A stretch of DNA of 64,000 bases from Octopus sinensis. Lineage: Eukaryota. A program made the position numbers and the translations under genes. This document shows positions 52,147-64,000 of the stretch, in pieces. Numbering within the stretch: the stretch's first letter is position 1; every line of letters starts with the position of its first letter. A model generated the notes under the pieces. The model worked only from the letters and a program-made list of their open reading frames with translations. It ran no database searches and was not told where the DNA came from. The stretch is taken from positions 127,162,001-127,226,000 of the forward strand of contig NC_043001.1 in the NCBI RefSeq assembly GCF_006345805.1, given 5' to 3'.

Positions 52147-52229
52147 ATATGCTAAAATTACACATATGCAGAAAATTACTTCTATGCTAATACTACTTCA
52201 GCCAAAAAACATCTATAAAATTGCTACAC

Positions 52230-52345
52230 CCAAGACATCCATTGAAGTTGGAAAGAAAGAAAGAAACATTGGCAACTTGAGAATAAAAGAAGCTCTTTTA
52301 ATTAAGAAATATACACCAAATATTAATAACCGATCAGAACTGCAC
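52230..52345 (+). pseudogene. Penelope GIY-YIG endonuclease C-terminal remnant
   Basis: LRIKEALLIKKYTPNINNRSE. Confidence 0.5.
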
Positions 52346-52544
52346 GCAGCATCAGAACAGCTGAATAGTTAGCACGCCGGGCGAAATGCTTAGTAGCACT
52401 TCAACCGTGTCTACATTCTGAGTTCAAATTCCACTGAGGTCAGCTTAACCTTTCATCCTTTCGGAGTCGATGAAATGAGTACCAGTCGAGTGCTGGAGTC
52501 GATGTAATCGACTTACCCACTACCTTCAAAATTTCGTAAGGTCG

Positions 52545-52702
52545 TGAATCCAATTCCGGGTGATGTGTTGTGTCCTTGAGCAAGACACTTTATTTCAAGT
52601 TGCTCCAGTCTACTCAGCTGGCAAAAATGAGTTGTACCTGTATTTCAAAATGCCAGCCTTGTCACACTGTGTCACGCTGAGTCTTCGTGAGAACCACGTT
52701 AA
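52545..52702 (+). mobile_element. SINE fragment (CORE-like middle + family-A tail start)
   Basis: gtgttgtgtccttgagcaagacactttatttc...tacctgtatttcaaa...gtgtcacgctga. Confidence 0.65.
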
Positions 52703-54357
52703 TGAAAAAAGACAATGTTTTGGAGTGGGAAATTATACCACCCAAACAGTGGTTGAAAGAACTTGAAGAGAGGACGGTGGTGTTGAGGACTTACTCCACC
52801 ATCGCCCTATTTGAAAAGACTGTAATTGAAAAGGAGTTGGCAGAGTATCTGCGAACGAGGTTAACAAGAGCTTGGGTCTGCGGGTTGCCACCCGGGATAA
52901 AATCCGAGTGGATAGAGGAGACTATCCGCCGGGGTCTGGGTGGCAGCGGAGCCAGGCTCCTTAATGTGAAAGTTTTACCTGCGGCTGATTGGATTGGATC
53001 AAAAGCTGTTTGACCCTGTGGACCCAATCAGCCAATCTGGTTTTTCCAGATTTTTTGAAAATGGCTGGGTGCAGGTACCCAGTGATTCTTGAGGGTCCCC
53101 CCCCCACGCCAGGTGTCACTGGTGCCTGGAGCCTGACCATATAAAGAAAAACTGTCTCCAGGAACAAAGTAAAGTCCTGGAACAGTTGGTTGAGACCGTT
53201 GTAGAAGAGGGAACCAAGGCGGCCGAGGAGGCAGGGGACTCCTGAAAGAAGGGCCGCAAGAGGAAGAAGGTGAGCACAATGGGTGCTCACCGAAGGATCT
53301 TAGGGATGAGGAAAGGGAGGGGAATCTCCCGGTCACGGAGAAGAAGCACCCTCCTTCAGTTGAAAAGAAAAAAAGAGGAAGAGGAACAGAAACGGGACAT
53401 TGCCGGCAGTCGGTGAAATAGTACCTGAATGTCCCGGAACCTCGTCGGTAGGGGTTGTGCCACGGCAGGGGAAGAGACACCGTTGGCGAGAATTGTGACG
53501 CCAACGGTAGAATTGACTATCCCGCTCCCGGAGGAAATAATTATTGATCTTCTTCTATAGAGGCGGAGAGGTAGAAAAGGTGATGGGAAAGCACCATAAG
53601 GGAGTGCCTTTAGCCTGCATACAGGATCCCGAATGGCCTCCGCAGATAGCTGTGGGGGTCATAACGTTGCCCATCATGAGTAAGCTGAAGGGACTCAATG
53701 AGGAATATCGCTTGTGGCCGGGCGACGCCGACACGGTGCCCGCCTTCAGGGCGGCGAGCTGGCAGAAGCGTTAGCACGCCGGGCGAAATGCGTAGCCGTA
53801 TTTCGTCTGCCGTTACGTTCTGAGTTCAAATTCCGCCGAGGTCGACTTTGCCTTTCATCCTTTCGGGGTCGATTAAATAAGTACCAGTTACGCACTGGGG
53901 TCGATATAACCGACTGAATCCGTTTGTCTGTCCTTGTTTGTCTCCTCTGTGTTTAGCCCCTTGTGGGTAGTAAAGAAATAGGTGCCTGCCTTGATCTTGA
54001 ATGAGGCCTGGATGATGGCGAAGTATGCAGGCACAAACGATGATGAGGAGGAATAATGATAAGAGGTTGAAGAGCCATCAGTGTTATTGAAAGTTCCGAG
54101 TTTGGAAAGAAAGGTAAGAGGCTTAGCGCCTCATTTTGTTATTGAATTTTGTTATTGAATATTGTGAACAATGTAGAGGTTTGCTGCCTCATGAACAATA
54201 TACAAGAGATCAATGTTTTCGGGGAAAATCGATCGGCAGCCGTCGCATTTTCCCCCATAAATCATCATTTTCATATCACATAATATTATGTCTATGTCCT
54301 GCCCGCAGCTTTCTTTCTCTGTGTAAGGCCTTATGGCCAATATGATGAAATAAAGAA
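52703..54357 (+). mobile_element. ORF1-only Tx1-related element, interrupted by a SINE
   Basis: ERTVVLRTY...; CHWCLEPDHIKKNC knuckle at 53114-53155; tail-like ctctgtgtaaggccttatggccaat...aaataaag near 54315-54357; no ORF2. Confidence 0.6.
53750..53980 (+). mobile_element. SINE family C inserted in an ORF1-only element
   Basis: TSD ggtgcc(c/t)gcctt at 53735-53746 and 53981-53992. Confidence 0.9.
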
Positions 54358-54577
54358 GCTTGCTTCCTAACTACATGGTTCCGTGTTCAGTCCCCCTGCA
54401 AGACAACTTGGACATGTGTCGTCTATTATACACACGACAGGCTTCTTTCAGTTTCCGTCTACTAAATCCACTCACAAGGCTTTGGTCGGCCTGAGGCTAT
54501 AGTAGAAGATACGCGGTGTGACTGAACCCGGAACCATGTGGTTGGAAAGCAAGCTTCTTACCACACAACCACGCATA
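54355..54577. mobile_element. Two degenerate SINE-B head fragments in opposite orientation
   Basis: 54355-54428 (+) and 54433-54577 (-). Confidence 0.6.
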
Positions 54578-55385
54578 CCCCTCCACCACGGCCTTCTCTA
54601 AATATCTAAGGCTTCTTGACTTTTGTTGTCCCCTTATTAGCTCACAACGCTCCTTATGTGCGCGCTGGTGTTCCTGATTCAAACTACTGGAAGGAAGGAG
54701 CTTATTCATGAACACAGAGCAGAGAAAGACAGGATAATATATTCATAACTGAATTTCAATTACCTCGGATTTTCATTCTTCTTCTTTTCCTCGTCCTTCT
54801 CCATCTGCTCCTTCACCTCATAATCATCATCACAAGTAAATTGCCTGATAATCTTATCAAAGGATAATGCTAGAGACTAAACAATATACTTGTGTTTTAA
54901 TTCACCTCTGAGAGTAAGTAAAATTGACTTGTTTAGTGGAGAACAGATATGAGATAAAAGCAATTTCATAGACAAATAAAGACCCATATACACGTGCACA
55001 CACACACATACACACACACATGCACGTTCTCATACACGATCTCATATACACACACACACACATAAATAAAAGCCGATCCAACTTAGCAACAAAGCAAAAG
55101 TCGTTTAAAGCAAAACAGAAAGAAAAAAATAACATCAACGAAAGTGTTTTTTTTTTTCATTGGGTTTATAGAAACAAGCAATTAAAGTTGTCTGACCTTT
55201 GACACGCACTGTGTGATCCTTTTACGTGGTGTAGGTTCACTTCCGTTTTATGGTTGAATTTTACATAGGCATGCTTGCCTGCTTACAAGCATAAAAGTGA
55301 ATATGTATATATATATGTGTGTGTGTGTGTGTATATATATATGTATGTATGTATACATATATATATATAATATATATATATATAT

Positions 55386-55480
<95 letters not shown>

Positions 55481-55759
55481 GGACAGAGTGGAGTAAGAGA
55501 TGGGGTAGAGGCTGTGTATACTTATGTATGTTTCAGTGTGCGAATGAGACACAGAGAGGAAGGAAAAAAGATAAAGACAAATTAGAATGTGTGTGTTCTA
55601 GCGCCATAGAGTCTGTATATGCAAACACACAAAATACATACATATATGCACACAGATATGCACACACATATACATAACTACAAGCATACATTACATACGT
55701 ACATACATACATACATACATACATTCATACATACATACATACATACATACATACATACA

Positions 55760-55790
<31 letters not shown>

Positions 55791-56149
55791 TATGTAGTAG
55801 TTACATATACATTCCCATAATTCAGAACAAGTGAGGACTATGGAACGTGTCCCCACGTCAAGATTTGTTTAGGGGAGAAGTATACAAAGTATATATATAT
55901 ATAAACCCTAATTGTGATGGGACTTCTGATAATCAGTGCTGAGAAAATTTAGTTCACAATTTCATAAACTTGAATAATTTATTGCGTCTTGAAGAGAAGT
56001 GAATCTTTGATACAGGGTCCGTCTAGCTCAGTGGTTTTCAACCATTTTTTGCTTATAGACCCCTTTGATTCTTATTTTACTCCTATTTCACCCGAGGGCG
56101 AGAACTCTCACACCCAGTTGAGGTGTAAAAACTCATTTTTATAATTAAA

Positions 56150-56380
56150 CTAGCAGTATCGCCCGGTGTTGCTCGGGCTTGTTTCGACCCTTTAGAATAG
56201 GAATTTTTGAAAAGTAAAAATTTTGCATTATGTAGCTTGCTATTCTCTTTAAGTGAACATTTTCTGGTTGAAATACACCGAAAAATGGCGACACAGCAGT
56301 AAAAAAATCGTTAAAAAAGCACCTTTGAAGGCTACCAAACCTGCCATACACAGACAACTTCAGCTTTATATATATAGAGA
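56150..56380 (-). mobile_element. Non-autonomous Helitron, same termini as 24865-25259
   Basis: A|TC(tctatatatataaagctgaagttgt) ... cccgagcaacaccgggcgatactgCTAG|T. Confidence 0.75.
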
Positions 56381-56804
56381 TAATTTTAGCAACAGTATTA
56401 AAAAAAATGTTTAAATATTTTGGGTATAGTAGAAATACAAGCAGTTTGTTGCACATATATTTTAACAACAAAATATTTTATAGATCTCCATATCTAGCTC
56501 AACTGAATATATTACTCAAAATAGCTCAACACAATCAAATGGACGTTTTATACTTACAAATAGTACTCGTGCATAGTTAAGACCTAAGAAAGACACGTAT
56601 CACACTGTCCCATAAGGCTTTACTTTGTCGTATACAAAAAACCATCCAGAAAAATAAAGACAAAACTGAGATCATTGAAAACTGCTAATAATTGCAGGTC
56701 TATGGTTACATTTGTCTGAACTAAATGCATGGGCACAGTAAGTAGTTGTATAGAAGTCCCACAAACATAGGGGCCCAATTCTAATTCGTATATGCTGTGG
56801 GCTT

Positions 56805-57113
56805 GCTGGTTACGACAGTGAGTGTCTCAAATGGTTCTATCAACAGAACAGCCTGCTCGAGAAATTGACGAGCAAGTGACTGAGCACTGCACAGACACGA
56901 GTACCCTTAACGTAGTTCCCAGGGAGATTCAGCGTGACAGATTATGACAAGGAAGCCTTTTGAATTTACAGGTACAACTCATTTTTGTCAGTTAGGTGGA
57001 CTGAAGCAATGAGAAAAAAAGGGTCTTACCCAAGGAGACAACGCGCCGCATGGAGACGAACTCATAACCTTACAATTGTGAGCCAAATATCCTTACCACT
57101 AATCCATGCGCCG
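56805..57113 (-). mobile_element. Degenerate SINE with family-A tail
   Basis: acacgagtacccttaacgtagtt...gattcagcgtgac; CORE-like ttacccaaggagacaacgc. Confidence 0.65.
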
Positions 57114-57793
57114 CCATCTTGCTAACAATAAATGTATATTATAAAGCCCAATATACTGATTTTTCCTGGAACCTATAACCCTGCTAAAACGGGCCTGGCT
57201 GAGCCAGTAGGTTGCCTCTCCTTGATGAGCTGCCTTCATGACAATTAAAAAGTACGTCCACACATACCTTCGAATTTTTATAGAGAGCGCTCGTTCACCC
57301 TCTCGAGTTTAAATTCCATCAACTTGGCTATAAGGAACACTACGAGAGTACACAATCAAACCTGCAATTGGTTAGCATGAACACGTAACCATGTGACCAG
57401 CACGGATAAGCCAGCACTCGGTCAAAAACTGTTGAATTGATGGTGTAAGCTCACACACGCATGCACACACATTCTTCTCTCGATTGACACGGCAGACTGG
57501 TTCTGATAGTCATCGTATGAGAAACGTTTTTATTGATATTATCATTAGAGATCCGCCGAGGTTGACTTTGCTTTTCATCCTTTCGGGGTCGATAAATTAA
57601 GTAGCAGTTGCATGCTGGGGTCGATTTAATCGACTGCCCCCTCCCCTCCCCCAAAATTTCGGGCCTTGTGCCTAGTGTAGAAAAGGATATAAACCACTGT
57701 TGTTCCTGGAAGTTTTTTTAATAACGTTTACGGGCTACTCGAATCTTACTAACTTCCTACAACCGAATCCTTGGATGATACATTATATATCAT

Positions 57794-57824
<31 letters not shown>

Positions 57825-57832
57825 TATATATT

Positions 57833-57874
<42 letters not shown>

Positions 57875-57878
<4 letters not shown>

Positions 57879-58083
57879 AATGTAATATGTGACATCGGAA
57901 AAAAATCCGATGACCGGATAACTGAAGAGATGGCGGCGTGGATTTTCACCTCGGCATCCGAAACTTGGAGTTTTATCATGGCTACCGAATAATTGTTACA
58001 TATTACATTTAAAGATAAATTCCTCTATTTACATAATATCGAGGTCTCTTTCATTCTTTTGTTGTCTTACCATTTTTATCAAT
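57875..58083 (+). mobile_element. Penelope-like terminal repeat carrying a hammerhead motif
   Basis: Same family as 9927-10245 and 46096-46232; CTGAAGA...GAAA core; inverted 18-nt segment (57877-57894 vs 57994-58011). Confidence 0.6.
57911..57984 (+). ncRNA. Candidate type I hammerhead ribozyme
   Basis: Stem I gataa/ttatc (+ tgacc/ggcta), CUGAAGA, long stem II gatg...catc with one bulged C, GAAA, short near-palindromic stem III, UU cleavage site. Confidence 0.55.
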
Positions 58084-58093
58084 ATATATATAT

Positions 58094-58485
58094 AGGCGCA
58101 GGAGTGGCTGTGTGGTAAGTAGCTTGCTAACCAACAACATGGGTTCGGGTTTCAGTCCCACTGCGTGGCATCTTGGGCGAGTGTCTTCTGCTATAGCCCG
58201 GGCCGACCAATGCCTTGTGAGTGGATTTAGCAGACGGAAACTGAAAGAAGCCTGTCGTATATATGTATATATAATGTGTGTGGTGTCTGTGTTTGTCCCC
58301 TAGCATTGCTTGACAACCGGTGCTGGTGTGTTTACCGTCCCCGTCACTTAGCAGTTCGGCAAAAGATACCGATAAATAAGTACTGGGCTTACAAAGAATA
58401 AGTCCCGGGGTCGAGTGCTCGACTAAAGGCGGTGCCCCAGCATGGCCGCAGTCAAATGACTGAAACAAGTAAAAGAGTAAGAGTA
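58094..58485 (+). mobile_element. SINE family B
   Basis: Full copy. Confidence 0.9.
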
Positions 58486-58775
58486 TACGAAAATGAGACG
58501 ACAAAGGAATAGACGATTATTTTATAAATTCAATTCCATTAGTTTACAGGCGTTTCTACTATAAGAAGCAGTGGACTCATAGTTGAGTACAGAAACAGCT
58601 GTAAGCTAATGAAGTTCATAACATAATCGTTATTTCTTTTGTCATCTTATGTTCTTATTACCGTTCTATACTCGCCTAACACCGTTCTGAAGCATACATA
58701 TATTGTGTTCTACACCGGGCTATTAGCCTCGCAGTGCTTAAGCGAAATATTAAAAAATAATACGTGTATGTGTGT

Positions 58776-58812
<37 letters not shown>

Positions 58813-58907
58813 CAACATACATATATTACATATATATATATATGTATGCATATATAATATTATATATATATATATATATATACATATATATTATAATATA
58901 TATATAT

Positions 58908-58950
<43 letters not shown>

Positions 58951-59092
58951 GTATATATGTTATAATATGTCTTTATATATATATTGCGTAGACATAAATA
59001 TTCATACATGTTTGCTTATACATACATTCTTACGGACATATATATATACATACACAATATATATATATATAATATACATATATATAGATGTA

Positions 59093-59109
59093 TATAGATA
59101 GATAGATAG

Positions 59110-59162
<53 letters not shown>

Positions 59163-59187
59163 CTAGATAGATAGATCAGACAGACAC

Positions 59188-59276
<89 letters not shown>

Positions 59277-59280
59277 CAGA
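59093..59280. repeat. (GATA)n tract without an inserted element
   Basis: Direct reading. Confidence 0.95.
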
Positions 59281-59584
59281 TGACCTTTAGAAGTGCAGTC
59301 GATTGCTAAATTTCAGGGCACAACTTCTGAAAATAGTTCACGTTGTTTATGTTGTTTACGTAGCCGGTGTTAGGCGCCGTACCTTTGCAGATAGATTTAT
59401 GAGGCTCATACGACCCCATAACATCATTCTATACATAGCAAACATTACAGATTATCGCGAATGATAATCTGTTGTGTATCATAAACATATAGATGCGTGT
59501 GTATGTGAGTGGGTTTCTTGCATATATGTTGTTGCTGTTGTTGTTTTTGCGTTCAGATGTACTCTGAACGAGCAGCTTCCTCTA

Positions 59585-59636
<52 letters not shown>

Positions 59637-60959
59637 TGTGTGTCTGTGTGTGTGTGTGTAGTGTGTCTGTGTGTGTCTGTATCCGTGCGAGTGAGTGTTT
59701 GCCCGGTGGGATATTGCAGGATGACTTAATAAGGTGTTTATTTTAGACTGTTTAGTTTTGTTGCATACAGGGCCTCTAAGAGGGCAAGACAATTCTTCAG
59801 CCTGTATATCGAATCGCGGCCAAACGACTCAGGGAAGAATCTGTGAATATCTGATTGACTCTACAGTACTCGAAATCAGGCATGCTCCGATTTCCAAAAT
59901 TTGTCAGGAGTTCTCGTTATATGATTCATCATTACATGTCTGAGCTTGCTGTAAGTTGTCAGCTGGACAGATGAGGCGTCTAACAACTACAACAGATATT
60001 TGTGTGGCACCAAGCCATTCAGTTGGCTTAACTGTGTGTTACAACCCTAGGGATACACAACAGCAACACATAGGTTGCTGTCACAGATGAGAGTTAAATG
60101 TATTTCCATGACAAGCTATACTGTCCCAAAGGTTTCTTTGTCCGTCACATCTTGAGAAATTGAACTCATGACCCCTAGGTCAACGATCCATATGTCGTTA
60201 ACTAACCACTTCTCTTAACAGAGAATGTTACCAATTATATCGTAGGACAGCCACTTGCAGTTAAGCTTACGAGGCAGTTAAGAGCAAAGCTCCTTGGCAA
60301 CCTACACAACACATTAGCGCCGGGAAGATACGAACCAGTCTTCCGGTTCGTTGTTTGGCACCTTATCTGTTTGGCAAGCTACACAAAATCAACTGTAATG
60401 TGCATCAAAGTTTCAATTTTAGATTGGTGGTATAAAAAGCACCGTTTTGAAGATTTTCGATAAGTAGCCTTCGAAAGCCTAAATTTATATGGGTAAAATC
60501 TCCACTCGTTTTGCACATCTCTATACCATACTTCTGATCCCCCCCTCTCTTCTAGTTTGTCAACTGACCTGAACACGTTACTATTTGGCGATGTTTTTTT
60601 ACCATCTCCACAGAGCTACAATGTTTGTCCCAAATAATGTCCTTTTTCTCAAGGTGTTCCCCAAGGTTCTTGTATGTCGCCTGCATGTTTCCCATTTTGC
60701 ATTAACAATCTACTTGCTGACAGATCTGAAAACGCTTATACAAGAGGTACCAATTTTCATGTCTTCTAACCTATACTACACACAATTGTCATTCACAAGC
60801 AACATAGACACCTCACATCAAATCTTTCTGGCCTCAGAAACAAAATCCACGAAAGTTTCTGTGATGCGAGTGTCGTTAATCTAATTTTCTTCGCTGCGAA
60901 TATCTATGAAACAATCTTGTATCTCATTTTTATTACATGTTATTAAACATCCTCTAAGT

Positions 60960-61760
60960 CGCAGCAAATGCTAGGTCTCTGAAACACTGATACTCTCTCC
61001 TAGGGATCCGACATTCATAAAGTGGCAAAGATTAGCATTCGTCTGTAAAGTTATATAAAATTTCAGCTCCTAGCAACTGCCGATTCAGTAAAGCTCCCAA
61101 TGAAATACTTATATCTTTACTACCCACAAGGGGCCAAACACAGAGTGGACAAACAAGGACAGACAAACGGATTAAGTCGATTATATCGACCCCAGTGCGT
61201 AACTGGTACTTATTTAATCGACCCCAGTGTGTAACTGGTACTTAATTTATCGACCCCGAAAGGATGAAAGGCAAAGTCGACCTCGGCAGAATTTGAACTC
61301 AGAACGTAACGGCAGACGAAATACCGCAAAGCATTTCGCCCGGTGTGCTAACGTTTCTGCCAGCTCGCCTCCCAATGAAATACTGTTCACACAAACGGAT
61401 CGCTTCTACTGCATTATCCAAAAGCATTCTAGACCCTATCCAAAAGAAAACTATTCGACTCATTAGCAAGAATTCACTCAGCAACACATCCCCAGCTTAC
61501 GTAAACGCTGTCTCTCAGTCTGCTTTCATAGTGAAACGACGACGCTACTATTCAGCTGCATACTATCTCAGCTCAAGCCAACCTGACATACTCGCCCCTC
61601 TCCCATTACTCATTCTGAGTTCCCCGGACACACACAGGCACACTCCAGCCCCGACACTAATCGCTGTCCTACAACATCATTTCACGAAAACGTCAAACTT
61701 TTGGAATTTCTTCACTTCTAATGTTTGCATACATTCTTCGACTTACAGCAGTTGAACTTG
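60960..61760 (+). mobile_element. CR1/L2-group LINE 3' end, interrupted by SINE-C
   Basis: PMKYCSH...STALSKSILDPIQKKTIRLI...TSNFWN. Confidence 0.6.
61110..61368 (-). mobile_element. SINE family C with internal 33-nt duplication
   Basis: 16-bp TSD CTCCCAATGAAATACT; cgaccccagtg(c/t)gtaactggtactta occurs twice. Confidence 0.9.
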
Positions 61761-61909
61761 AATATCAATACATCAACTAATCAGTTACCATTTAAACAAA
61801 ATACTTAAGATAGAAGGAAGCAGAAGAGAGAGAGGAGAGAGAGAAAGAGAGACAGACAGACAGACAAATAGAAAGAAAGGGGAAGTGAAGAGTTAAAAAA
61901 GTAACATAC

Positions 61910-61983
61910 TCAATTTAATGATGATTTCAACATGCGTTTCTGGCATATTGATCTTCATACTTCCAGCGTCTCCAACTCTGAAA
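61910..61983 (-). CDS. LBP/BPI: LBP/BPI exon b (74 nt, phase 2/1): FRVGDAGSMKINMPETHVEIIIKL
   Basis: Acceptor ttattttctag (an in-frame alternative cag lies 6 nt downstream), donor gtatgt. Phase matches exons a and c. Resembles the BPI S(D)GxFDLSIxGxSISxxxKL strand. Confidence 0.85.
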
Positions 61984-62936
61984 CTAGAAAATAAGTAAAC
62001 ACATTTTAATAATCACATTTTTATGTTTCATAGCTATACAAATGGTGCTGTTGGGGACGAGCAGGAGGAGGGGGTGAAGGAGGAGGGCGCCGGTAACGAT
62101 GATTGAGTTGTAAAAGTAAGAGAAGACCAGAAATTTTGATGTACGAAATAGTGAACGGACGACAAGAAGTACAGTCCGCTTCTTTTTCAATCTCGCACTT
62201 CTAAAGATTTTTCTAAAATTTAATTTTTCGATACATACATATATTTCTAGCCATACTTAATGACAATTACGATTTTCCTTTTTGGTAGCACATTGCACAC
62301 GGCTATCTATATTAATATATATATATATATATATAGTAATGACTTTTGCCAATGAAACGTGGCAGTCCCAGAATGGGACGAATGTTACTGTCATTTAGCC
62401 CTATATATATATATACATATATATACCGTTAGGTGAAGAGATATTTTCCAGTGCCTTAAAATTTAATATTTAATAATTAATATTTGAGAAATCCCACGCT
62501 GAAGAGCCAAAAATTGTCGGGTAAGGTATAATTTTTTATTCTTTATACCGATCTAATTCCGAAACGCGCGTACGTGGGTAACCTAATATCGATTGATTTC
62601 GTTATTTTTCCCTTTTGCCTGCGTAGATTGTTTTCAAGTACTTTGGTTTTTCTGAGAGCCCCTTTTAAAGTAGAAGGAATAGCTAAGATTTTTTGACTGC
62701 TATTTCTAAACTTCGGTATGTGGTAAAGCAAATCGTTGCTGAACCCTAATTATAAAGTATTACTTAAGCTTACCATGAAATGGTCTTTTTCATGCCGAAT
62801 TCTACTTGGTGAAATTACTGATTACTTCTAAATTAATTACTTTTACCCTTTGTTATTATAAATTTATATATATATATGTATGTTTGTATGTGTATGTGTG
62901 TTTGCTTGCGCCCGCGCACACACACATGTACATGTG

Positions 62937-62973
<37 letters not shown>

Positions 62974-63149
62974 TGAAGCACAAACTTCACCATCGTATAT
63001 ATGTATTGAGAAATAGTAAAAGACAGACAGATAGACAAGACAAACTGACTGACAGTCACAGAAACCAAATTTTTAAAAAATTCACGCCACAAACTCACGA
63101 TGACATCAAAGTCTATGAGCGAACTACATAACTTAAATTGAATACTTAC

Positions 63150-63281
63150 AACCACAATTTTTTCGAGTAACGCCAGTTACCAGAGATCTGTGCATTCGGT
63201 ATTGTCATCGACCATTTTAGACCGTGCCCAGGCACAAAAGCAATGCTACCGTGGGGTTTTGTTAATTTATCTACGTACAGA
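63150..63281 (-). CDS. LBP/BPI: LBP/BPI-family gene, exon a (132 nt, phase 2/2): LYVDKLTKPHGSIAFVPGHGLKWSMTIPNAQISGNWRYSKKLW
   Basis: Acceptor tttttcttttcag, donor gtaagt. The translation aligns with the BPI/LBP N-terminal barrel (human BPI ...[32 protein letters not shown], recalled). Confidence 0.9.
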
Positions 63282-63393
63282 CTGAAAAGAAAAAGAACGA
63301 ACAAAATGAATTTTAGATTAATAAGTAGTGACATCTAAACAAATTATAGTGAATGGTAGTATGTATGTATGTATGTATGAGTATGTATGTATG

Positions 63394-63427
<34 letters not shown>

Positions 63428-63717
63428 TATATATATATATATATATTATATATTATATATATATATATGTATGTATGTATATATGTAGTATGTATGTGTA
63501 TAAAGTTTATGTATATATATATATATATAAACAACTTATAGCGTGCGTATTGTGATAAATCATATGGTAATGGACAATAGGTCCAATTTTCGGCATATTG
63601 GCATTAGAAATATTTTCGTTTCCCTTATTTATAAGTTGTTTATAATTTTTAACCTTTAATGGTATTTTTTAATATGCTGGCCATTGATATTTTTTTTCGA
63701 AAAAATTTTATCCTACT

Positions 63718-63762
<45 letters not shown>

Positions 63763-64000
63763 TAATATATATATATATATATACTTATCAAGCTAAAACA
63801 ATGCGAAGCGCATTGTGACCAGCGATATGTACCAAAATCTGATGATAGCCTGGTCAGTTACGGTAATCACAGTGATATTATATATATCAGTTCGTATATA
63901 TGAATATAGATAATATAGATAAATATAATATATATATATGATAATTAGTGTCATCTACTATATTCCCAGCCTAACCAATGTTTTGTGAGTAAATTTGTAT

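Noticed and set aside
54764-54844. 81-nt minus-strand exon-like segment (QFTCDDDYEVKEQMEKDEEKKKNENP) with AG/GT ends
   Set aside because: It is open only in phase 2/2, while the host intron is phase 1, where it hits a stop. Low complexity and no BPI similarity.
59285-59330. Minus-strand acceptor followed by KLCPEI, resembling BPI exon 6
   Set aside because: Immediate stop codon and wrong gene order; the true exon is at 28992-29055.
60340-60900. Probable minus-strand LINE ORF2 remnant
   Set aside because: Reads like decayed coding sequence, but no diagnostic motif could be fixed, so it was left unannotated.

Overview
AT-rich, very repeat-dense eukaryotic DNA, most likely an Octopus genome (inferred from the tRNA-type SINE families and microsatellite load). 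There is a 100-N scaffold gap at 11008-11107. Host gene: seven small in-frame exons of an LBP/BPI-family (LPS-binding/bactericidal permeability-increasing) gene lie on the minus strand between 63281 and 11494 and splice to 253 codons; the ORF track does not resolve them. The first and last exons were not found in the window. The introns hold a set of related Tx1 (L1-clade) retroelements. (i) A near-full-length 5.6 kb LINE and two 5'-truncated copies, all in (GATA)n microsatellites with the same 3' junction, suggesting microsatellite target specificity. (ii) Up to three ORF1-only 'half-LINE' units ending in a Tx1-type 3' tail, one with a 13-bp target-site duplication (TSD). (iii) An abundant SINE whose last ~50 nt match that tail. 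Also present: Penelope-like repeats with hammerhead-ribozyme motifs, mariner, maT and Tc2-like elements and MITEs, non-autonomous Helitrons, and CR1/L2-, R4- and NeSL/HERO-like fossils. No database search was possible; family names rest on motif recognition and alignments made by eye.
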